Positions 38,646 to 46,111 of a stretch of DNA of 64,000 nucleotides are shown here, one piece after another (the first letter of the stretch is position 1; every line of letters begins with the position of its first letter). The notes below the pieces were generated by a model that saw only the letters and a program-made list of their open reading frames with translations, was not told where the DNA came from and made no database searches. The stretch covers positions 3,025-67,024 of the forward strand of contig CAYQCJ010000002.1 in NCBI GenBank assembly GCA_964416025.1. Reading direction: 5' to 3'. This DNA is from an uncultured Staphylococcaceae bacterium. Lineage in GTDB: Bacteria; Bacillota_I; Bacilli_A; RFN20; CAG-826. The position numbers and the translations under genes were made by a program.

Positions 38646-40097
38646 CTCTTTAATCTTGCTGATTCTACGGCTACTGAAGGAACAAAACTAGAATTTGATC
38701 TCAATACAGACTCTAGTGTATATATCGAATATAACGATAAACTGAGAGTTTTATCGACAAAAACAGCACTTATTGAATCTTTAAAGGAGGTTACCGAAAT
38801 AGATAGCGGTAATCTCCTTTACGTTTATATTTCTGAATACATTCCAATAATTCAAACTTTAATTGGCGAAAAAGTTGATAGCACAAACTCAATTGAAGCT
38901 AATTATGATAACGTCATGAAATGCTTAACCAGTTTAGGAGATGCTATCAAAATCGAAGCAACCGCAAGTTATGTAATTGATTTAAGCATCGATTTTACCA
39001 AATTAAATCTTGATATCATGAATACCGATCTTTCATCGATGGGCACTTTAAACTGCACTATTAACTTAAATCCAAGTGACAATAAATATCTTGAGTTAAC
39101 TCTTAATGACATTACTTATGATGGCTGCACTGGAGATATTACTACTTCTCTCACTACATATAGCGATAGAAGCAGTGAAATCTCTTTTAGTGATAGCGTC
39201 GGACAAGTCGATTTATCTACACTTCCAATTTTAGTTAAAGCTGGAATCGCTACTACTGAGAAAAAAGCATATAAGATGAGCGGTAATTTATCCGCCAAAA
39301 CCACCGGTGTCGTCTCATGGTTTATGAGTGTCGATATTAACGCTACTGTCGATGTTTATTTATCGATCGGCGACGAATTAGATGAAAACAATTTATATAC
39401 AATTAAAGGTTATATAATTATAAATAATAATAAAGAAGGCGATTGGTCAACAAATTTCTGGAGCACTTCAAGAAGTTATGATTCAAGAATTACAAAATAT
39501 ATCATCAAAGATACTGATGCATATATTTATCAAAAGAAGCATTATTATGAACAATCTCGTGCTACTGCTTTCAATAGTTGGAAAGACAAAACAAATACTA
39601 CCACTTACTCTTATTTTAAAACCACTCAACAAAGCATGTTAAATGATGTCTTATATTATCTCGTCGATTTCACCTTAGGAGCTCCCGATCTTTATTCACA
39701 AATTGTCGATGCAATGGGCGGAAGCATTAGTTTAGATTTCTTCGATATGTTTAAATACTTTAAATTTATTGAAGATGGAAAATATCAAGTATACTTAAAA
39801 ATTCTAAGCTTGATGAATGTTTATGCTGATATTTATTATGATCAAACAACTTTCTTATTAGATAGGCTTAATGCCTACACTAATTTCGATATCGTCATTG
39901 GTTCTGTCTCATTCAATCTTGATGTTAGTAATCAAAACATTGCCGGAGTAGGAGATATTCAAACGCAAATTGATGAATACGATACCTTCAACACTAGCTG
40001 GTTAAGTCACAACGAAACAAATGGCTTACAATATCGTCCAACTAAAGACGATACTGGAAGCGAATATATCTACACTTCTACCACTCAATTATTCTAA
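38622..40097 (+). CDS. C-terminal 491 codons of the same large protein (its frame is open from 38553, +1 relative to the upstream half)
   Basis: It has the same composition as the upstream half and no signal peptide of its own. A weak GAAGG precedes the second ATG at 38637. Confidence 0.65.
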   Translation: MPEGSMSGLFNLADSTATEGTKLEFDLNTDSSVYIEYNDKLRVLSTKTALIESLKEVTEIDSGNLLYVYISEYIPIIQTLIGEKVDSTNSIEANYDNVMKCLTSLGDAIKIEATASYVIDLSIDFTKLNLDIMNTDLSSMGTLNCTINLNPSDNKYLELTLNDITYDGCTGDITTSLTTYSDRSSEISFSDSVGQVDLSTLPILVKAGIATTEKKAYKMSGNLSAKTTGVVSWFMSVDINATVDVYLSIGDELDENNLYTIKGYIIINNNKEGDWSTNFWSTSRSYDSRITKYIIKDTDAYIYQKKHYYEQSRATAFNSWKDKTNTTTYSYFKTTQQSMLNDVLYYLVDFTLGAPDLYSQIVDAMGGSISLDFFDMFKYFKFIEDGKYQVYLKILSLMNVYADIYYDQTTFLLDRLNAYTNFDIVIGSVSFNLDVSNQNIAGVGDIQTQIDEYDTFNTSWLSHNETNGLQYRPTKDDTGSEYIYTSTTQLF

Positions 40098-40098
40098 T

Positions 40099-40128
40099 AA
40101 AAAGTGTCTAATTTCTTAGACACTTTTT
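40099..40128. terminator. bidirectional Rho-independent terminator
   Basis: AAGTGTCTAA-TTTC-TTAGACACTT flanked by A- and T-runs. Confidence 0.8.
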
Positions 40129-41063
40129 CAATTGTTTTGTTCTACTTTCTTTTGATTTTTAATGTTCTTAATTAACATCACAATTCCAAAAGCCAGCGCC
40201 AATCCCACGTGGATTATTAAAAGTACTGGATAAATATCTAAAGCAATAGCGTTATCTAATGGAGCGATTGGCTTTAAAACACTGAATAAAATTCCATAAT
40301 CTAAGCACTCATAAACAATGAATAAAATTATCATTAAAGCGTTAAGAGAAATACCAACAATATTTAAAATAAATCTATTTTTATTTGTATTGAGTAAAAA
40401 CCAAATATAATCAAAAACACAAACAAGTAAGATTCCTAATGCGAAGAAATAAGCTAAAACATTATGAGTTGGTAATGTTCCTAATCCAAAAACAAAAGCA
40501 CCACCGACATTATAAAAGAAGAATAAACCTAAAATAATGATAGGAGCAGCTAATTTGCCATTGTGATTATTTGTTGGACCAAAACTTGCTATCACTTCTG
40601 GAAGCTCAACTTTAGCCTTATAATGGGTCACAAAGTAACATGTTGAATAAGTTACCATCAAAACCATAATCCAGAAACTACTGAAAAAACTTGTATCGTA
40701 ATATTGATTAGTGAATAATCCACCAAAAACTTTACCAATATATGCGTAATTAACAATAAATAAAATAAGAGAGACTAAACTGAGACTTCCAAGAACGAAA
40801 TGATTAATTAACGAGGCCTTGGCCGAGAGTTTCTTAATAAAAACACCATACAAAACAAGGACCGAAAAATAAACTCCAACAAAGAAACTAAGAATTACTG
40901 TTATGTTAACAATAAATTGAGGATTATATCCAGAAATGAAAGCTAACACATAGCCAAAGAATTTATAGAAACAATCAATTCCAAAAATGACGAGTAATAT
41001 CAAAATAACCGTCATCGACGTAAATAAACTATTTTTTGCTTTTACATTATTCATATTTAACAA
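40128..41063 (-). CDS. polytopic membrane protein, unknown family
   Basis: A 311-aa protein with about 9 hydrophobic segments. It overlaps the upstream phosphoesterase gene by 17 nt. Confidence 0.6.
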   Translation of the reverse strand: MLNMNNVKAKNSLFTSMTVILILLVIFGIDCFYKFFGYVLAFISGYNPQFIVNITVILSFFVGVYFSVLVLYGVFIKKLSAKASLINHFVLGSLSLVSLILFIVNYAYIGKVFGGLFTNQYYDTSFFSSFWIMVLMVTYSTCYFVTHYKAKVELPEVIASFGPTNNHNGKLAAPIIILGLFFFYNVGGAFVFGLGTLPTHNVLAYFFALGILLVCVFDYIWFLLNTNKNRFILNIVGISLNALMIILFIVYECLDYGILFSVLKPIAPLDNAIALDIYPVLLIIHVGLALAFGIVMLIKNIKNQKKVEQNN

Positions 41064-42051
41064 ACACCTTTTCTATATCATCTAAACTAAACGAACCATC
41101 AGTATGAAGATTTATTGTCGTGTATCCTGGCATATCTAAATCTAAATAACATAAGTCGGTCGACTTAACTCCATAAGTTTGAATTAATCCGTTATAATCG
41201 ATTGAAGCGTAATTATCATGATCGTGTCCACAGAAATAACCTTTAATTCCGTTGCTCTTAAAATTCTCAAAAGCTCCAGAATTCTTATAACTTGGGCAAG
41301 ATTTTTCTTCGTTCTTACCTTTACATTTTGTTGCGTCATCTTTGCAAGCATTCCATGCAGTTTGCATCTCTAATAAAGGAATATGGAAGAAAGCTAAACC
41401 AGTAGCTCCATCGTTTAAAGTAGTATTAATATTTGTAATATGGTCGAGTTGATCTTGTCTTATATAATCGTATTCGCCATTAATTCCGAAAGAAACATTT
41501 ACATCGTTACCGCCATCAATCATATAAAGACGATACTTAACATCAGTTCCGGATTTAATATTAATGTAATAATTAGTATGTCCGCTCAAACCATCTTCAC
41601 CGTAATTATCGATAAATAAAGCGTTTTTTGTTGAAGATGATTGAATTCTTTGGCTTATATAATTTTCCCCGTAATCGCCTTGGAAATCATGATTTCCAAA
41701 GGTATAAGCCCAAGGAATATCGCAATTATCAATTCTTCTAACAAAATAATCGACAATGCTTGAATCAGCATTCATGAAAGTATCACCAGTAAATACAATT
41801 AAATCAGGATCAGCTGTTTTAATGTTGTTTACTAGATAATCCATTTCCTTGATATTATCAGCACTTTTTGTCAAATGGATGTCCGTTAGTTGCATGACTT
41901 TAAAAGAATCACCTGAAAAAGATAATTCCTTGCCATAACTAGCCACATCAAACGTTTTGTTTGTTCCGCCACAGCTTACTAAAAATACACTTAGAGCCGC
42001 TAAAAGCAGAATTTTGTTATATTTGTTTTTCATAATACGCTTATTATACAA
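41047..42051 (-). CDS. calcineurin-like metallophosphoesterase lipoprotein
   Basis: Lipobox FLVSCGG plus the motifs LTDIHL, GDTF, GNHD and GHDH. Confidence 0.8.
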   Translation of the reverse strand: MYNKRIMKNKYNKILLLAALSVFLVSCGGTNKTFDVASYGKELSFSGDSFKVMQLTDIHLTKSADNIKEMDYLVNNIKTADPDLIVFTGDTFMNADSSIVDYFVRRIDNCDIPWAYTFGNHDFQGDYGENYISQRIQSSSTKNALFIDNYGEDGLSGHTNYYINIKSGTDVKYRLYMIDGGNDVNVSFGINGEYDYIRQDQLDHITNINTTLNDGATGLAFFHIPLLEMQTAWNACKDDATKCKGKNEEKSCPSYKNSGAFENFKSNGIKGYFCGHDHDNYASIDYNGLIQTYGVKSTDLCYLDLDMPGYTTINLHTDGSFSLDDIEKVFVKYE

Positions 42052-42073
42052 AAGTATTATGAAAAATTAAATT

Positions 42074-42982
42074 TTATCTTTCAATTGTTGTTAAAATATA
42101 TCGACCAGTTCCACTAATTGAGGCTTTTTGACCTGCTGGAATGAAAAAAGTATCATAAGTGTTGTAAGGAATAGCATTTACTAATCCATTTCCCGACAAA
42201 AATGTAATGGAAACAAACGAATCTTTTGAAGCACAAATCGAAGAAGAATCTTTAACATCATAAACGTAACTTGAAAAATATTTACATTTTCCAACTAAAT
42301 TTCCCTTAAATTTAATAGGTTCATATTTTTTATAATCAATAACTTTCAAAGCTTTATCTATATGTAATTCACGTTTTTTGCCGTTAGCATCGGTTCTATT
42401 ATAATCATAAAGACGATAAGTTAAATTTGAGTTTTGTTGAATTTCAATAAGCGTTACACCCTTACCAATTGCGTGAATAGTCCCACTTTTAATAAAGAAG
42501 CAATCGCCATTTTTAACTGAATAAAAATTTAATTTATCTAAAATTGTTCCGTCTTTAAGAGATTTTTCAATATCTTCTTTATTTGAATCTTCTTTTAAGC
42601 CAACATAAAGACCAGAACCTTCATCGTGATCGATAACATACCACATTTCAGTTTTGCCATAACTATTCTCATTTTTAAGAGCATATTCATCGCTTGGATG
42701 AACTTGAACGCTGAGATTATCACCAGAATCTATAAGCTTAATTAAGACTGGAAAAAAAGGAAATGTTTCAACATATTTTCCAATATCCCCTGCCAATGCC
42801 ACGTCTTTTAGAAATTTGCCAGCATTTACGCCACTTGCAATTTTGCTTAATCCATCATGATGAAATGACAATTCCCAACATTCAGAAATTTTATCTCCAT
42901 CAACTTTTTTTCCATATTTTTTTAATTTATTCCCTGCCCATATATATGTTTTAATAGCAGGTTCGAGTTTAACAATTTCCAT
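42074..42982 (-). CDS. manA: mannose-6-phosphate isomerase, class I
   Basis: The N-terminal KTYIWAG.., ..CWELSFH.. and LSVQVHPSD metal-site motifs, 302 aa. Confidence 0.8.
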   Translation of the reverse strand: MEIVKLEPAIKTYIWAGNKLKKYGKKVDGDKISECWELSFHHDGLSKIASGVNAGKFLKDVALAGDIGKYVETFPFFPVLIKLIDSGDNLSVQVHPSDEYALKNENSYGKTEMWYVIDHDEGSGLYVGLKEDSNKEDIEKSLKDGTILDKLNFYSVKNGDCFFIKSGTIHAIGKGVTLIEIQQNSNLTYRLYDYNRTDANGKKRELHIDKALKVIDYKKYEPIKFKGNLVGKCKYFSSYVYDVKDSSSICASKDSFVSITFLSGNGLVNAIPYNTYDTFFIPAGQKASISGTGRYILTTIER

Positions 42983-43024
42983 ACTGTTTATTATAAGATA
43001 ATAGTTATCATTATTAAATATTTA

Positions 43025-43053
43025 GCACAAAAAAAGTATTGAAGTTAATCAAT
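43025..43053 (-). repeat. 29-nt direct repeat, left copy (degenerate terminator module downstream of relE)
   Basis: GCACAAAAAAAGTATTGAAGTTAATCAAT is identical to 43606-43634. On the minus strand it reads as a hairpin plus a U7 run. Confidence 0.9.
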
Positions 43054-43080
43054 GCTTTTATTGTTCTTCATAAATATCTA

Positions 43081-43326
43081 TTAATGGCCCACTGCAATTA
43101 CAAGAATTACTAATTGTTTGTCTTTAATCAAGGCAATTATTCGATAATCTCCGAGTCTATATCGCCATTGTCCTGACCTATTACTTTTTAATGCTTTCCC
43201 ATGGATTCTTGGATCTATACAATCCTCTAAATTCTTTCTTATCCATCCAAGCAGCATTCGTTGAGTATATTTATCAAACTTCTTTAATTTTTTTAAAGCT
43301 GAAGGAATAAAACTAACTTTATACAT
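43081..43326 (-). CDS. relE: RelE/ParE-family type II toxin
   Basis: An 81-aa protein with ..GQWRYRLGDYRIIALIKDKQLVILVIAVGH, typical of RelE/StbE. It overlaps the antitoxin stop. Confidence 0.85.
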   Translation of the reverse strand: MYKVSFIPSALKKLKKFDKYTQRMLLGWIRKNLEDCIDPRIHGKALKSNRSGQWRYRLGDYRIIALIKDKQLVILVIAVGH

Positions 43327-43544
43327 TAAATACCCAACTCTTTTTCAACATCATCAAGCGAAATTGTTTTCTTGTCTTTTTTATATTCACTAATAGCTTT
43401 ATCAGCTAAAGATACATCATATTCTTCTTCAATTGCATCAAAATAAACTTTTTTAATTGATTCACTTAAAGTCATACCATTAAGTTTTGCATAGCTTTGT
43501 GCTAATTTTTTTTCATTTTCCGTCATTCTAATTGAAATACTCAT
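43326..43544 (-). CDS. relB: RelB/DinJ-like (RHH-type) antitoxin
   Basis: A 72-aa protein with N-terminal MSISIRMTENEKKLAQSYAKLNGMTLSE (beta-strand plus helix, RHH pattern). It lies upstream of and is coupled to relE. Confidence 0.75.
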   Translation of the reverse strand: MSISIRMTENEKKLAQSYAKLNGMTLSESIKKVYFDAIEEEYDVSLADKAISEYKKDKKTISLDDVEKELGI

Positions 43545-43558
43545 ATATTAACTCTCCT

Positions 43559-43577
43559 TGTATTACATTGTAATACA
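43559..43577. promoter_or_regulatory. 19-bp palindrome TGTATTACA-N-TGTAATACA; candidate relBE operator
   Basis: Perfect 9-bp arms lying between the RBS and the -10, and overlapping the TACAAT -10. Confidence 0.55.
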
Positions 43578-43594
43578 TAAAGTTTAAAAATCAA
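43567..43594 (-). promoter_or_regulatory. relBE promoter TTGATT-N16-TACAAT
   Basis: Read on the minus strand: -35 at 43589-43594 and -10 at 43567-43572. Confidence 0.55.
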
Positions 43595-43605
43595 AGTGAA
43601 TTTAG

Positions 43606-43634
43606 GCACAAAAAAAGTATTGAAGTTAATCAAT
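43606..43634 (-). repeat. 29-nt direct repeat, right copy
   Basis: Identical to 43025-43053. Confidence 0.9.
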
Positions 43635-43637
43635 ACT
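43608..43637 (-). terminator. Rho-independent terminator of the tRNA operon
   Basis: AGTATTGA (43616-43623) / TCAATACT (43630-43637) followed by U7 on the minus strand, 12 nt after the tRNA-Thr 3-prime end. Confidence 0.75.
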
Positions 43638-43649
43638 AATTCATCATAA

Positions 43650-43725
43650 TGGTGCCTTCTGCCGGACTCGGACCAGCCACCTACTGATTACAAATCAGTT
43701 GCTCTACCAGATGAGCTAAGAAGGC
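43650..43725 (-). tRNA. tRNA-Thr (anticodon UGU), encoded CCA, unusual T-loop UCCGAGU
   Basis: Hand-folded: acceptor GCCTTCT/AGAAGGC, anticodon stem ACTGA/TCAGT with loop TTTGTAA, T-stem GCTGG/CCGGC. Confidence 0.85.
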
Positions 43726-43732
43726 AAGTGAT

Positions 43733-43807
43733 TGGTGGGCGCTATAAGGATCGGACTTATGACCTCTTCCGTGTGAAGGAAGCGCTCTCCCGCTGAGCTA
43801 AGCGCCC
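43733..43807 (-). tRNA. tRNA-Val (anticodon CAC), encoded CCA, unusual T-loop UCCGAUC
   Basis: Hand-folded: acceptor GGGCGCT/AGCGCCC, anticodon stem CTTCC/GGAAG with loop TTCACAC, T-stem ATAAG/CTTAT. Confidence 0.8.
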
Positions 43808-43836
43808 AAGCGTCATTTGTAATATTTGTTGTCATA

Positions 43837-43913
43837 TGGTGGGCCTTAATGGACTTGAACCATCGACCTCGCCCTTATCAGGGGCGCGCTCTAACCAACT
43901 GAGCTAAAGGCCC
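43837..43913 (-). tRNA. tRNA-Ile (anticodon GAU), encoded CCA
   Basis: GGGCCTTTAGCTCAGTTGGTTAGAGCGCGCCCCTGATAAGGGCGAGGTC.. with a canonical T-loop TTCAAGT. Confidence 0.9.
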
Positions 43914-43939
43914 ATACTTTCATATATCAACGCTTACAT

Positions 43940-43968
43940 AATATACCGAAGAAATAACATAAAATCAA
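43940..43968 (-). promoter_or_regulatory. promoter TTGATT-N17-TATATT of the tRNA Ile-Val-Thr operon
   Basis: Read on the minus strand. The -10 ends about 26 nt upstream of the tRNA-Ile 5-prime end. Confidence 0.55.
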
Positions 43969-43986
43969 GAATTTATTGGTATGAAA

Positions 43987-44009
43987 GGACAAGGGGGTTG
44001 CCCTTGTCC
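43987..44009 (-). terminator. terminator hairpin after rpsI
   Basis: A 9-bp GC-rich stem GGACAAGGG / CCCTTGTCC followed by UUUCAU on the minus strand. Confidence 0.6.
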
Positions 44010-44036
44010 AATATACCAAAGATAAATCGAATGAGA

Positions 44037-44429
44037 TTAACGCTTTGAGAATTGAGGAGCTTTTCTAGCCTTTTTAAGACCGTACTTCTTTCTCTCTTTG
44101 CTTCTACTATTACGAGTTAATAATCCAGCAGTCTTTAATGTTGCTCTATCTTCTCCAGCAGCAAGTAAAGCTCTAGCAATACCTAATCTAATAGCACCAG
44201 CTTGTCCAGTGTATCCACCGCCAAGAACTGTAACTTTAATATCATACTTCTTATCAGCACCTAAGATGGTAAGAGGTTGTTTTAAATCCATAACTAAAGT
44301 TTGCATTGGGAAATAAGCGTTAACATCAAGACCATTAACTTCGATCTTGCCTGTTCCACTGATAACCCAGACTTTTGCGACACTGGTCTTTCTTCTACCA
44401 GTTCCGTAATATTCTTTTCTTGTTGACAT
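44037..44429 (-). CDS. rpsI: 30S ribosomal protein S9
   Basis: ..[12 protein letters not shown].. and a C-terminal ..[18 protein letters not shown]. Confidence 0.95.
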   Translation of the reverse strand: MSTRKEYYGTGRRKTSVAKVWVISGTGKIEVNGLDVNAYFPMQTLVMDLKQPLTILGADKKYDIKVTVLGGGYTGQAGAIRLGIARALLAAGEDRATLKTAGLLTRNSRSKERKKYGLKKARKAPQFSKR

Positions 44430-44430
44430 A

Positions 44431-44889
44431 CTAGTTCTTTCCTCCTAAGTTTTTGAAGGTCAAAACCTCTGGTTTTTGTGCTTCATGCTTATGATCAGCG
44501 CCTTTGTAAACGAATAACTTCTTGGCCATGGCTCTTCCGAGTCTGCCTTTTGGAAGCATTCCCCAAACGGATCTTTCCATAAGTTCTTCTGGATATTGTT
44601 CGAGCATTTCTTTTAATGTTCTGATTCTCATACCACCGTTATATCCACTAACGTTGTAGTATTTCTTATTTGTCATAATGTTGTTTCCTGAGCAAGCAAC
44701 CTTCTCAGCATTAATAACAATAATGTAGTCTCCGCAATCTTGGTTTGGAGTCCAAGATGGTTTCTCTTTACCCATTAAGTAAACTGCTATATCACTAGCT
44801 AATCTACCAAGAGGTTTGTCGGCTGCATCGACGACATACCACTTACGAGTAATTTCTTCCTTTTTTAAATTTGTAGTTTCTTTATTCAT
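44431..44889 (-). CDS. rplM: 50S ribosomal protein L13
   Basis: ..[25 protein letters not shown].. is the typical L13 N-terminus. It lies directly upstream of rpsI. Confidence 0.95.
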   Translation of the reverse strand: MNKETTNLKKEEITRKWYVVDAADKPLGRLASDIAVYLMGKEKPSWTPNQDCGDYIIVINAEKVACSGNNIMTNKKYYNVSGYNGGMRIRTLKEMLEQYPEELMERSVWGMLPKGRLGRAMAKKLFVYKGADHKHEAQKPEVLTFKNLGGKN

Positions 44890-45039
44890 ACAATCAATTT
44901 CCTTTCAAATACTATTTTTCATCTTACCGGGACAAAAATTCACTATTAGAAATCGTGTCGAGGACTATTATATGCTTTTGAATTATATAAATCAAATAAA
45001 TTATATATATAATATTTCATGTTTTTTTAAAAAATAAAT

Positions 45040-45083
45040 CATAAATAAAAATAAACGAAAACCTGCTAGTTGGTTAGCAGGTT
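45040..45083 (-). terminator. Rho-independent terminator after galU
   Basis: AACCTGCTA (45060-45068) / TAGCAGGTT (45075-45083) followed by a U-rich tract on the minus strand. Confidence 0.7.
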
Positions 45084-45103
45084 TTAATTAAATAGGAGGA
45101 TTC

Positions 45104-45988
45104 CTATATTTTCAAACTTTTGATGTGTTTTTTGACACCATCTTTTAAGTCATCACGGCTTAAAGCGATATCGATAATTGCGGTTAAATATCCGAGTTTA
45201 TCGCCACAATCGTATCTTTTTCCTACGAAATCATAAAAGTAACAAGGCTCATCTTTCATAAGTAAAGCGATGGCATCAGTAAGTTGAATTTCACCACCCG
45301 CTCCACGAGGAGTTTTCTCTAAATAAGAAAAGATTTTTGGACTAAAAACCCATTTACCTAAACTAGCTAAATCACTAGTCGCTTTATCGATGGCTGGTTT
45401 TTCAACAATTCCTCTTAATTCATAGAGGCGATCACCACAATCTTTTTTAATATCCATACATCCATAACGACAGATATTTTCGTGTGGAACAGTTTGTCCA
45501 CCAACGATGGTATTTCCGCCACTTCTTTTAAATCCTTCAATCAATTGTTTAGCTGGAGCTTGGTCTTTTTCGTAAGTACAAATATCATCTCCACAGCAAA
45601 CAATAAAATTATTATCTCCAATAATTTCTTTAGCTTGTAAAACGGCATGACCTAATCCTAATAATTCATATTGAGTTACATAATGAAATCTCGCCTTTGT
45701 AGCGACCTCATGAATTGTTTTGGCTGCTTCTACTTTTCCTTTAGCAATTAATTCTTTTTCGTAATCAGGATTATAAGCGTAATATCGCTTAATATCATCC
45801 TTATCTACCGAAACAATTAATACAATATCGGTTACTCCGCCATCAATTACTTCTTGAACAATATAGTCAAGAGTTGGGCGATCAACAATAGGACACATTT
45901 CCTTTGCGACACCCTTTGTAATAGGCAAAAATCTCGTACCGTTTCCTGCACAAGGAATGACAGCCCATTTAACATCTAAATTGCGCAT
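45104..45988 (-). CDS. galU: UTP--glucose-1-phosphate uridylyltransferase
   Basis: The N-terminal AVIPCAGNGTRFLPITKGVAKEM motif, 294 aa. Confidence 0.9.
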   Translation of the reverse strand: MRNLDVKWAVIPCAGNGTRFLPITKGVAKEMCPIVDRPTLDYIVQEVIDGGVTDIVLIVSVDKDDIKRYYAYNPDYEKELIAKGKVEAAKTIHEVATKARFHYVTQYELLGLGHAVLQAKEIIGDNNFIVCCGDDICTYEKDQAPAKQLIEGFKRSGGNTIVGGQTVPHENICRYGCMDIKKDCGDRLYELRGIVEKPAIDKATSDLASLGKWVFSPKIFSYLEKTPRGAGGEIQLTDAIALLMKDEPCYFYDFVGKRYDCGDKLGYLTAIIDIALSRDDLKDGVKKHIKSLKI

Positions 45989-46065
45989 GTTATTCTCCTT
46001 AGTTATGTTATTATTTTACCACTTTTATCTGATTTTAATATGGTATAAATGCAATAATTATCGGC

Positions 46066-46094
46066 ATTAAAAAAGAGGCACAGTGATGTGCCTC
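46066..46094 (-). terminator. Rho-independent terminator after the yebC-family gene
   Basis: GAGGCACA-GTGA-TGTGCCTC followed by U6 on the minus strand. Confidence 0.75.
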
Positions 46095-46111
46095 CAATTT
46101 TTAAATGTTTT

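Noticed and set aside
44890-45000. A possible ribosomal-protein L13 leader structure upstream of rplM.
   Set aside because: The leader is long enough, but I cannot reproduce the family consensus from memory or find a convincing conserved hairpin. It needs an Rfam scan.
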